From positions 1,054,001 through 1,118,000 of the forward strand of contig NC_042997.1 in the NCBI RefSeq assembly GCF_006345805.1: a stretch of DNA of 64,000 bases. The letters are read 5' to 3'. The stretch comes from Octopus sinensis. Lineage: Eukaryota. Under the pieces are notes generated by a model that ran no database searches, was not told the DNA's origin, and saw only the letters and a program-made list of their open reading frames with translations. The translations under genes were made by a program, and so were the position numbers. How positions within the stretch are numbered: position 1 is the stretch's first letter; each line of letters begins with the position of its first letter. Shown here one piece after another: positions 1-12,727 of the stretch.

Positions 1-923
1 AAGTATATCATCAACAGTTACTTCGAAAGTTGATGTCTAATTTTGATTTTTAAATTGATAGTATTTAAAACTTGGTTCGTTGACAGCTTTTTGAGCACTT
101 ACACTTCTGCCCACGCTGTGTGCATTTATAAAGTTGCTTTATTTATTACACATAGAAAGTGTTTCGTATATAGCTGAATGAAAGTCGTATGCATTCCTTT
201 GTACTAGATGCGTGCGTAGAAAACAAGGTGGCGATCATTAAAGCTAAGGGTAATATAATTGTTAAAGAAAGCGCACTTCACTTTGCAATTGCAAATGCAC
301 TTGGATATTGCATGATTAATGCACAATTCTAAAATTCATCAGCATATTTGGACACTTCTACCGAGTGAACAATAGCATAAATGAGATAGAAACGATATAG
401 GTTTGAAGAATTTGAAAAAAGTTATCCACAGAACCGACTAAATATCATTTACATAAAAATCGAAATGATAAATTGCATTTAAAAGAGTTTTATCAAACAA
501 ATACAAAACATAGAAAAGCGAGAGCACGTGTGATTTGAACTACGAATTTATATCACGCGAGAAGTTATTTATTAATTTACTCTATTTACTTAGCCATCTA
601 TTCCGTTGTATTAACTGCAAAAATCGAAAGTCTAGTACTCTAGAGCCCAAATTAAAAGCCATTAGTATAGTGTAACAAAAAAAGAAAAGACAGCTGCATC
701 AGCAAACAAGCTCCCCCGCAGTGCACAGATAATGTGGATCTAATTAAGAGTCAACATTCTCTCCACTTTATATTATTAACGTAAAGATTCGTTAAAAAAT
801 ATAACTCATTACATGGGATTTTACTGCTGAATAATCTTAACAACAGTTCGTTACATCGAATATTTTTTTCAAAATTGACCCATTTATGTAATGGTCGTGT
901 TTTTTCCTTCTATACTGCTTATA

Positions 924-2180
924 TCATGTCATCCCATAAGTTCTGTCCGAATTTTAAATAGAGAAATCAAATTATCAAATGTTATATTTAATTGAAATTT
1001 AATCTTCAATGTACTTTCCCTGATTATCTATGACTTCCTTCCATCTATTTAGAAGCTTTTCAATCCCATCAATATAAAACTCTTTTGGTTTCAAAGCGAA
1101 GAACTCTACAATGTCAGTTTCGCCCTCTTCCTGGTTTGCGAAACTTATCTACCCCCAAATGATTCTGTAAACTACAAAACAAATGGTAGTCTGAAGGAGC
1201 AAGGTCGGGAAAATAAGGTGGATGAGGAATTTTTTCCCAACCAAGCTCTTCGATCTTCTGTGATGTGATCTTTGCAGTATGGGGTCGCGCATTGACCTGA
1301 TGAAACATCATTCCTCTTCGATTCACTAAAGCGGGTCTTATTTTTCTTCAAACCGTGGTTCAAAAGCTCTAATTGCTGACAGTAGACTTGAACATTGATT
1401 GTTGCATTAGGCGGTAACAATTACTCCTTTGCAGTCCCACCAGATAGAGAGAAGAACCTTTTTCCCCATGAAGTTCCATTCTCTATTGTGGTTGAGCTTT
1501 TCCCCTTTTACCAAACCACTGTTTGCAACGTTTAACATTTCGATAGAAGACCCATTTGTCGTCACCAGTCACAAGTCTATCCAAAATGGGTGAAATGCGT
1601 TTGACAGATGTCAACTCGAGATTTGTGGTTCCTTTCGGACAATTCATGAGGCACTCCTTTTCCAAGTTAAGGAACCTTTCTAAGTTGTTGAAGATGACGA
1701 TGAACAGTTGTATGGTTTGAACTAAACTTTATTGCCAATTCTTCAACTGATAATGCAGGATGTTCTTCAAGTAATGCCTCAAAGAGCTTATTATGAAACG
1801 CAACTGGACGTCCTGTTCTTCATCTTCAAGGTTGAAATCTGCACTTCTGAATTTTGGAAATTATCTTCTGCAAGTTCATTCCTTCAAGCATTCTTTCCCA
1901 TAAACTGAGTGTATGCTTCGAGTCTCTTCGGCTGCAGAGTTTCCTTTTTTGTACTCATAAAGCATTATGTGCCTTAAATGCTCTTTGGATACTTCATGCT
2001 AGAAAGGGTTTTAATCAAAGAAATTTTAATTCTATTATTCTGTAAAATAATATTTAATTAGTTTAAATGTACACAAATATATAAAATAATTTTTAACTCC
2101 ATTAGACATTCTAAAATACTATTGAATTTAATTCAATTTTAAAAAAGGTAAAATCAGACAGAACTTATGGGATGACCTGA
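924..2180 (-). mobile_element. Full-length degenerate mariner (Tc1/mariner) DNA transposon with terminal inverted repeats
   Basis: TIRs: tcatgtcatcccataagttctgtccga (924-950) and tcagacagaacttatgggatgacctga (2154-2180). Minus-strand frames give RLVTGDDKWVFY, HQVNARPH and HPPYFPDLAPSDYHLF, matching the mariner D,D,D motifs. N-terminus KEHLRHIMLYEYKKGNSAAE near 1990. Many stops and frameshifts. Confidence 0.92.
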
Positions 2181-3440
2181 TCTTTTCTCTACTCACACAA
2201 CTGATTTGCTATTACTCTAAATATATTTTTTTTATGTGAAATTAAGGTTTTTTTGACATTTCGTCTATTCTTTGCTTCTCGTCACAGTGAGTTTACATTT
2301 ATGCTTGAACGTATTTGTATATACTTTCACTCGTTATATATAAGTATATACCTACAGCTATATGTATATATGCATGCATATATAGGTACAGGACATATAC
2401 ATACATACATATATATATATGTGTGTATGTGTGTGTGCGTGCTTGTATGTATGTATATATACGGGTACATGTACAATTTACAGGCACACACAAATATGCA
2501 TTGATACTTCGTATTTATAAGAAAGAGAAGGAACGCGTGTGAAAGAACGTCAAATTGAAATAGGCTGCAATAAAAACGACGCATTAATTTTACTGCCCAC
2601 TGGATTGAATAGCAATCCATATTTGAGACATTTTCACTGCATTAGCTAGTTGCTTATTGAAATAGTAATGCTGAACCAGTTAATGAACGAATGGTAAGAG
2701 CTATATTAGCACCAATGTATAGCAAATTGTAGTTGCGGTAGATATATTGTATTATGCATTAGCTTTGAGGCGCTACTCGAACTTCAGGTCACCTGATGAT
2801 CGAGAACTAGAAACTTCAAATAGTATTTCATAGAGACTCTATTTTGAATAATAAATAATTTCACACCAGATAGTAGTATTGTGTGTGTCTGTGTGAGTTT
2901 GTGTATATGCATCTGGGTATTACTAGAGAGGGAGAGAAAGAAAGAGAGAAAGAGATGGAAAGTGATAAAAAGAGATAGTGAACGAACTGGCACTCAAGAA
3001 TGCGGTATTCTCTTAATCTGTTCACTCTCATTTCTCTGTAAATGTCAACATAGCCTTTTTTGTGGGCGAGAAATAAACTGGATTCGGACATGCAGACATA
3101 CACACATATTTACACAAACACACACATACATACACACAGTTATGTGCTTGTATCAGCTTGAGTGTGTATGATGGATGTTCGTACGTTTGCGCGTTGATGT
3201 GTCTATAATGAATATGACACAATTGTTCATCTATAGACGTCCACTAGTGTCGTGGAGGAAGCTAACCCACGTAGAGTTTGATGCATAATCTATTAGTACC
3301 CTGCATACATGCATATTAACTAATCGTGTTATACAAATTTCAAAGTGGATATATACCAATCTGTCATTCTGTGTCTGACGCTCTCTCTCACTGTCTCTCA
3401 CCCCTCTCTCTCTTTATACACTCACACACACACATACCCC

Positions 3441-3442
<2 letters not shown>

Positions 3443-3509
<67 letters not shown>

Positions 3510-3566
3510 ATATACACACAATTACAGTCTGTTTTATGTTTTATCAAGATATAACTTTGTAATTTG

Positions 3567-3632
<66 letters not shown>
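3443..3632. repeat. Two (TA)n microsatellites
   Basis: Direct reading: about 3443-3512 and 3570-3632. Confidence 0.95.
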
Positions 3633-3637
<5 letters not shown>

Positions 3638-4155
3638 GAGAGAAAGAGGGGGAGAGCGAGAGAGAGTAACAATGTATGAATCAACTATATGATAGCTTCT
3701 ACATATTACACCTTTATTGGACACGCGGTAGTATTGGTCTGGAAGTGATATCAAGAATATCACCTTATCACATGACATTAATGTAAGAACGTAAAGGGTA
3801 ACATAAAAATATTTCCGAGCCTAATCATGTCATCATCATCAGCCAATACCAATGTGTCCTAAACAGTGGTATTGGCAATACTAATTTGAACAAGAACGCA
3901 AAAAGTGCGTTCGAACTCCAATCACAAGCATGGTAGTTGCGGCTTAACTTTTGAAAATAAGAAAAACCTGTAAAACTGTTTAAGCATGTAAAAATAAACC
4001 ATCTGATGAACTTTCAGTGCATATTCAACTACAAATATTTATACATATACATATGTGTGCGTATCTGTGTGTGAGTGTTTGTGTGTTTTTGTGTCAATGT
4101 GTGCGTGTGTCTGTCACGCGGGCGTGTACGTGTGTGTGTGTGTGTGTGTGTGTGT

Positions 4156-4205
<50 letters not shown>

Positions 4206-4559
4206 CGTTCCTTTATCTTTTTCTGGTTTAAATATGTATTTACATGTGTCTCTGGTTGGGGAATTTCATCCCTAAATCTACTAAACGATATTGTATTACA
4301 CTGGCCATCAAAATTATATGTATTATACACATTATGAATGCAAGCCAACATTTTTAGACTAATTTTTCATGACAATTTCAAAATTTCACTCCGTTTGTAT
4401 ATAACATGTATCAGTTTTTCAGTAGATACATGCAATTATTTACATATTTTTATATTTGAAATCATTAACGTAATAAATAAGAACATATTATTTTTCGAAA
4501 GTAAATGCATTTCTTGAGTTAAACATCATTACTATTATTCTCCAAAGAATGAATACACA

Positions 4560-5310
4560 AAGAATGGGTCAGAAAAATAAACAAAGCGTAATTTGGATTT
4601 CCTGCGGTGTTCCTGATCTGGTTGATCGCAGTAACGTGTCCAGCAGTATTCAGCCAGCATACTATCATTCCAGAAGCCTTGGTACCGTTTCTCCATAGCA
4701 CTAATGTCCTGGTGAAATCTTTCCCCATTATCCACTGCTCTAATGCTATCTGCGAAAAAATCCAGATGGGAGTCCAAGAAGTGAACTTTCAGTGACATGC
4801 AACAACCCATTGCTGAGTAACAGTTCAGAAGATTTTGATGCCTTCCTTATAGAGCATTGCCTTCTCGTTACCCAAGAAATTCTCACAGATCCAATTGAAA
4901 GCATTCCAGGCAGGCGGCTCCAGTTCATCCTGTGTTGTCTTGAAGTTGACATCTTTGAGTACTTCTCTAATTTGGCATCCGACAAGATGCCATCTTTCAT
5001 CTTTGCGTGATTTGGGGAAAGTTTTCATTAATATACTGAAGCCTTCTGGTATTTCTCGTCCCTTGAATCTTTATAAACTGCTTCATCAGTCAAAGTTTTG
5101 TGTGTTAATGAGGCAATAGGGCATTACATGGATCTACAAGAAATGTGTTCTTGATGTCAGACAGTCCTGGCTGGTATGATGTTCTTGCCTGCCATTTTGA
5201 TTCCGAATAATGTCTGTCAGCTGCCCGACAAAAAAAAAAGTATTTTGGGAAACCTGACTGCATTCCCATTAACATTCCAGTGACTTTTAAATCTCCACAC
5301 CTTTGTAATG
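4560..5310 (-). mobile_element. Degenerate DNA transposase remnant, probably Chapaev3-like (CMC superfamily)
   Basis: Frameshifted minus-strand motifs CGDLKV..MLMGMQSGF, LMKQFIK, GCQIRE, AW..F..ICENFLGN and MSLKVHFLDSHLDFF...NGERFHQDISAMEKRYQG.W..SMLAEYCW. The family name is from recall of these motifs. Confidence 0.65.
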
Positions 5311-5427
5311 CATCACGAAGATCTACGCAATATTGAGTCTATATATCTTTTATCTGATTTAGAAAACGTGAATGAAAAAGAGATATTAGAAATAAGCATT
5401 TCTACTTAATCTCAAATGGTGACTTAC

Positions 5428-5482
5428 CAATAAATCTGGAAAGAATTTTCAAGAACTCAATTGACAAATCTTCCTTTTCCGG
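5428..5482 (-). CDS. Candidate exon of an unidentified minus-strand gene
   Basis: Acceptor ttttttatttaacag| and donor G|gtaagt; 55 nt. No homology recognised. Confidence 0.2.
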
Positions 5483-7256
5483 CTGTTAAATAAAAAAGTA
5501 ACTGCATTTCGTTCATATGTGTGTGTGTATGTGTAAGTTATGTATGTGTTCACAAGCCTAATAAATTCTATTTCATCTACACTTTACTGCAGTGTGATTT
5601 TGATCTAGCGTGTATTTACATATAGTTTCCGGACATACTGCTGGAGTCAAAAACCACGCCCAATATCGACAGGCGCTGACCAATGAGAATAATGTGTTCG
5701 GTTTATTATCTCACAACATTTCAAAAAAAAAGGCTGATTGGCAAAACAGATGCCTCACACATGTAGAAACTTTTAGTTACATACAGTTCAATTTCACTGC
5801 CTGAATTCAACTCGCATGCGCACACGCGCGCGATACATTCATGTATACACACATACATAGATACATACTTATATACAGATAACCTGTGTGCATATAGATT
5901 TGTGTTCCTTTGTGTGAATGCTGGTGTTTGTGTGATTGACATAATTCTCTATGACAGAATGTGTATGTGAGCATGTTTGTGTGTGTGTGTGAGAGAGAGA
6001 GAGTGGTGGGGAGAGAAAGAAGATGAATGAATTAGTGTTGATATGAGTGTGATGTCTATTATCGTAAATATTAAATTTTATGTTGTAGATAATTCGCATC
6101 TGCAGTATCGAGGCTGAATGGGATACTCAGCAATATTATAAATTTTAGTAGAATAATCCTCATTCTGAAAGGCGGTAAATGCTGGCGAATTTCCGGGGAA
6201 AGAATCTAGAACACGAGTAGATTAAGACTTAATCCTATCACGAGGAACAAAATAATATTCTTTGATATTTTACAGGTGTTTCAGGTGTAAACCATAAACA
6301 TACTTAATAGTTTCCTTAATGACTACTAGGTCTGTACATTGTGATATATTTGAGGAAAAATTATTTCGTCAAGAAAGTCAACTGACATTGATAAAAGATT
6401 AATTACTACAGACCGAACGAACCAATATAGAGAAATGCGTGTGCTTAAATGATTGAGATACTGTTTTGAGCTTAAACTGTTGAGAAATAATTTGTTAGCA
6501 TTCAGTAAACATTTTACCTGTTACAAAAAGTGCAAGAAGGATTCTGTGACGCTATTGCAGAATACCATATCGGCAAGTATATTTTGGTGTTTGTGTGCTA
6601 AAGCTAGTCCTCTAATGCCGTAACGGTGATTCTTCGAAGCCTTTTCATAAAGGAGTGTTAATTTATAATGGCGTTAAACATGTACCAGTAGTAGTAACTC
6701 GTTCTGTTCATGACAAGTAAGTTTGGGAAAATCTCAAATCATTCTTCAAAAAATATAAGTAATAGAAAAAATATTTCTTGATGATGAATGGTTGTATCGA
6801 AGTTCATTACGTTTAACTCACCCAGTAATCAACGGAACTTAACATGAAATAAAATCAAAACAAACGAAAAACAACACTATACATATAATATGTACAGAAA
6901 ATATTATATAATTGTGGGCATATCGACATATCGTTCGCACACGTTTCTACCTTCATATCCGCTTCTACACCACCAATTTATGTATGTAACAATCTCCACT
7001 GAGATAGCAGTTGCTGAAGCGAAAGAAGAAAAATCAGTTGTATACCAAATGAAAATAAATCTCCTTGTATATTTGCATGCACTTGTATGTGTCATGTATG
7101 TGTATGTATGGTTGCTTGTCATTTTCAGGGTGTGGATATATTTGTAGATGTGTACATTTGCTTGCTTGTGTATCTTTGTTAAATACTAGTCAAAGAGATA
7201 TGGATAGTTTTCTCAAGACCACAGTGCAAATACATATGTAATTCTTGTTTACTTAC

Positions 7257-7394
7257 TAGCATTCAGAATACGGACAACACCTGTTCTTGGCGGCAAACAT
7301 AGCGGGAACGAGATACACATAGAATGAAACAATACTAATAAAGGCGCATGATTGAAACAGCACATATTTACTATTTACTGTCAAGCAATCGTTT
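7257..7394 (-). CDS. Candidate exon encoding a hydrophobic (possible transmembrane) segment
   Basis: Acceptor tattttgccttcag| and donor |gtaagt; 138 nt, phase 2-2. One open frame: NDCLTVNSKYVLFQSCAFISIVSFYVYLVPAMFAAKNRCCPYSEC. Confidence 0.25.
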
Positions 7395-7789
7395 CTGAAG
7401 GCAAAATACTAAGTACGATATATCACACTGATAATTTGCCATTTAGCTTTATTACATTATTTCCTCATTTTGCATTGATTGATTTTGAGTTTGCTTAGTT
7501 GATTCAAGTAGGTATATTTAATTATTTTCTTCTTTAATTTAAAAAAAAAATATTTATTGGTAGGTTTGTTTAAACATATGTATTTTGAACGCGTAGGTTT
7601 TCTGCTTCTTCTTAATAAACAACGTTCATTCAGATTTTTGCCTTTTAATTAGAAACGCAGTCGCCTTGAGGCCAGCTGCAAAGATCTAGAAAGTGTACAA
7701 CGATTGCGGAGCTGGAAAATGGACGAAACAATATGTATGTATATTAGTGTGTAAAAATTCATGCACACAATAGTCTTGTGTACACGCAT

Positions 7790-8275
7790 AAACGTATGTA
7801 TGTATGTATATATATATGCACGTATGTACGTATGTATGTATGTATGTATGTATGTATGTACGTATGTATGTACGTATGTATGTACGTATGTATGTACGTA
7901 TGTACGTATGTATGCATGTATGTATGTACGTATGTGTGTATGTATGTATGTTGTCTTTTTTTCCTGTAGAGATATCAAAGACACAATCACAACCACACGC
8001 ATATAGATAAACAGGAATTGAGAGACAGAGAGTGACTAAGGGAAAACTCATACAGGAACATATGCACTCGTGTATGCATATGCAAAGGAAAAGTGATATA
8101 AATTTCAAATAAACTTACACAAACCTATTTTTATAGGCATTCATACACACACATGCACTCACATACGCGCACACATATACGTACGCACACACACATGCAC
8201 ACACACACACACACACATACACACACACACACACACACGCACACACACACACACACACATACACACACACGTGTA
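7790..8275. repeat. (TGTA)n/(TACG) and (CA)n microsatellites
   Basis: Direct reading: about 7790-7950 and 8140-8275. Confidence 0.9.
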
Positions 8276-11200
8276 TAAACAGACAATATACCGCTATAAT
8301 CGTTCTGTATTTCAAGCGCAATATTTTATTGAACTATCTAAGTTCCTCCAACTCCTTTAATAATAACTATTCTAAAGGAATTATGTTCGTCAGATACATC
8401 TCTTTAAAATTTAGTTTATATTTTGCTAGATAAGCAGGTATACTAAAATTGCTGTTGTCTATTAGGCACAAGAAAGTCTGGCCAAGTAATTATAAAGTCA
8501 AAAGCCTTCCACCGGGTTTACCCTGTGTATTATGTGAGAAAATGAGTTTCATTTACCTATAGATGTTGCCTTTTTTACGACTGTAGTGCATGCATGCATT
8601 ATAGTTACATTCTAATTTTAACAGATTAATGGGCAATGTAAAGGATTGCATATTGGCTTGGCGTAATATTATTTGCCGTAGTAAAAGCATAATACCATTG
8701 GTTTTTGCCTGTGTAAATATATCCTTCCTGGATTGTTTTTGCCTTTCATACTTACTACGTCTTTACAGAACACGGAACATCAGATATGATTCGCATTTAT
8801 TGAAGTTAACCATATAATTAAAAGAAAAGAAAAACAAACCCCCAAAACAAAACCTGTTCATATACTTTTACTTATTCGACAACCATCACGTTACACTTAT
8901 TTCTGTTGAAGATGTTGGGGCAGAGTCCTCAGTCACACAGCAGAATCAACCGTCAGTACTTAATATGGTTGATTTTTCAAGCGGGATGAACAAATATTTT
9001 CCTTATCTGGATATTATCAGAAATAACCTGAAAATAAATAACTTAATAAATATCAGCAAACGGAAAGACTAACTCCTACAAACTATATTTTACAGCAACC
9101 GAAGAGAAATGAGTAAGTAACCCCGCGTTTATTGCAGCATGGTATTCAGACATCTGACATGAGAGTGGAAAATATTTTGGATTTATATACCTCATCACGT
9201 GTCTTTATTCAAGCAGTATATATGATTTCTATCTTCGCAGGTCAAAATTAGTCGATGAGAAAGGAAACACGTGATCAATTGTCTGAGGAGAAATACAAAC
9301 CACACCTCCCCTTCAACAAGGCAGATTCTACTGCAGATGTTGCAGAAGATAATCCTAAAACCCATGTTTTCTTAAAAGTGAATGGTTACATCTGAAATTC
9401 TCTTCATCATGGGACTGTTCAAAATAACAACAGCATCAATGCTAAACTTCTAAAATATTTGCTCATAATATTTGCTGGAGATTTATTGAAATCACCTCAA
9501 ATATAAAAAAAACACCGCATTTTAGCTTTTAGAGAGTTAATTAATATAGACATATAGTCTAGTATGTACTGATAGAATAAAGCAATAACAAAATACATTT
9601 CTCACAATTCAATCATTCCCTGCTATAAAAGTTAGTAATTGCTTTGTAAGAGTTTAGAAATAGCTACCTTTCGTATATAGACATTAAAAAGTAATCTTTC
9701 CATCTTTGTTAAAGTATAAATAAATAATTACTTTGGGAAATTAAGAACAAAGGATAAAATGTTATTTATACCTACTCTAATGGTCTAAAGGAAGACACTT
9801 GTAAACACACATACATACAGGAATATACGCTTACTTTGTTCAGACGTACTTTCCATTATTCAGAGCAACACATGCGTGTATATATTAACGGATGTACACA
9901 CACACACCCACACACACATACACACACACACACACATACACACACATACACACACACGCACACATACACACACACATATATATGTAAATGTATGTGTGTA
10001 GTATAATGGAAATACAGATCTCCCCCTCTCTCTCCCCCTCTCTTCTGCCTCTATCTCTCTCTTTCGAGTACGTATACAGTCAGTCATATGTAATGTACAA
10101 CTGTAAATAAATGTAAATAATTAACGTATACTGGAAGAAACACAAACACCAACAATGTATCACTAAATCTGCACACTCACTTAGCCTCTCCCGTATCCAT
10201 CAACATTGAACAGTTCTAGATATTGATGTAGCTTAACTGAAAGGTCTCTCATTTCACCTGTTTGCCATTAAAAGTGTCATATTATTTCTTTAATCAAAAC
10301 AGAGTCAAGAACAAAAACACGGGTAATGTATTTTAGCAATTAAGCATCCAACAAATGGGAGAAAAAAAAACTGACATCTGAGTGTTCTATACATTATATT
10401 TGGTTTTCTAATATTTTTTGTGTGTGTGTCAAATTTTGAACCATTTTTCTAATGAACGTGACTTTGTAGCTTTCCACCAGACTAGTATGTACTATAAAAT
10501 GTTTTACGTTTCTTGTTTTTCTTCCATTGTATGCGTATTTCACTATTCTTTCATTCATCCAGATAAAAAAATATTTGCGAGTCATCCATCTTGGATATTT
10601 CATTGGCAATCTCATATGAAATATGATACTATTTCTTTTATGAACACTCTGGCAGTCCACGCTCTTTTTATTATCTACTATATATTTGGCAAGAGATTAA
10701 TATGTAGTTTTGTTCTAAAAAATATATTGTCCATAATGTTTCTTTCAAACGCGTATAATCTTTTGACAGTTTTTCTTTCGCTACTTTATTCATTCTTTCA
10801 TTTTTAAAAAATCATTTGTTAATCATCAACTATCTGATAAACACTACTACTGCCCAATCGTACAAATATATTTGATATTTCACACCCACACATATATAAA
10901 AACATCAAAGATAGGTATGACTGAATAAAAATATCACCTATTATGTAAATAAATACATCAACAGCATTCCCCTACGGCGAACGTTTAGAAATTCAACTAT
11001 AATATTTAGGTGTCATATTGTGATTTCTTCACCGTAATATTTAAATTAGCTGTCCCCAGTCGTGTAAAATATAAATTAATTGAGAAATAACATATACACA
11101 GCACTCACACTGTTTTCAGCTGCAGAACGTTAATGAGTTTATAGAATAAAATGTTAACAATCACAGACAACTCATTTATTAATTTGTACCTTCAGATTTG

Positions 11201-12514
11201 TAATGTGCAACGTATCGGAGAATTTACAGCTGGCCTTCTGAGAAAAGGTAAATTTATATTGCTGTAGTCGCATAAACACCGTTTGAAAAACGAAATTCCT
11301 GTGTTCAGGTGTTCATTATGTACGTATGTCGGCATACATGATCTATTCTATTTCCAATTATTTGAATTTTTGTTGTTAGGGAGGATATGGTTCTTATCAA
11401 AGCTACGAAGTCCTTTCTTTAAAATATTAAGATTATAGATTGGATTTGTTTTGAGCGCCGCATTAGCTGATTGATTTCTTTTTCTAAAATACCTAACTTT
11501 CCTAGATTATCAGTTAAGGACATTTACTAGGAAAACCTAATTCGCCAATTGATATTGGCATAAACGTAAATTTAATATCTGATCATAGAAGATGAAATTT
11601 TCGAAGCTGTTGTCCGTGGTTAAGCTCTCTGTCTGGGAATTTTGAATATATATTTTCATCAGCTGGGCAGCTGGTGCTTTTGAAGTTATATACTTATTTT
11701 GTCTATCCCACAGAACTATATCCAACCTCTTCTGATGGGAATATATGTCACTAATATTTCATGTGTTGATGTATATATTCAATAACACGATGACTGTATA
11801 TTTACCTCGGAAGAGGTTTTCTCTTTAGATGACATTCTATATTGTTTCAGCTACAATGTAATGTAGCATTCGCCGGCAGTATCTGGATGACAGAAAAGTG
11901 ATATAAATGACATTTTCAGTTGCATCTTAGGACACAAACAGTTTGACTATCTCATTTGCTTATTAATTATTTTATGGCAATGTTCTGATAATGAATTGTA
12001 AAGGCGTAGCATTTGAATTGTGATGTAATGAATTGTAATGTAATGAAATGGTCGTGAATCCAAGGAAGCGTGTACTCCATATCGATATTAGTGTCTTCTT
12101 CAATTCAGCAATAAACACAGTCTTTGGTTGTGAGTTCCATATCCAAGTCTTCTTTCAGTTATCTTAGTCCAGCTGTTTTGGAGTTGTATGTGAAGTCATC
12201 AAGAAGAGACTACTTCTACAGGATCATCAAGCCGATCGTAGGATGTTGTTTTATCCAGTTCTCAGCACTACGATTATATAGTTATTTTTGCTGCTGATGT
12301 TTGCATTAATCTTGAGTCTCAACAACTCATTATACAGAGCTTGTCAATATCAATTTTCTTGTTGAAATTACCATTTGATATCGGGATCATCTGGATTTTA
12401 ATATCTAGTATTGTATTTCCTAGTCAAGTGAAGTCAAGTATCCCAAATATTGGTTTCAGCTCTGGTACGGCAAATGAAATCTGGAATATTGTCTAGATTG
12501 TTACATTTTCTTAC

Positions 12515-12727
12515 GTTTGGTGTAATGTCCATGCATTAATCTTTGTCCACTGCAGGTTCGTATGGTAAATGTTCATGAATTCCTTGGTATTGCTAGTAAT
12601 CTTTGTGTGAATCAGAGGAGATAGACCTATTGGGTTGGCTCCCACAATTACAGGATCGCAATAACATGGAACATGTTGGTACGTTTTGAAGCACCAAATG
12701 AGAAGCCGCTTTCCTCTATCACAATGG
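12515..12727 (-). CDS. Candidate exon of an unidentified minus-strand gene
   Basis: Acceptor ctttggctctttcag| and donor |gtaaga; 213 nt, phase 2-2. Open for 70 codons, within ORF-track entry 12511..12768. Confidence 0.22.

Noticed and set aside
2785-2840. ctgatga..gaaa hammerhead-like motif
   Set aside because: No pairing stem I or stem II in any topology tried.
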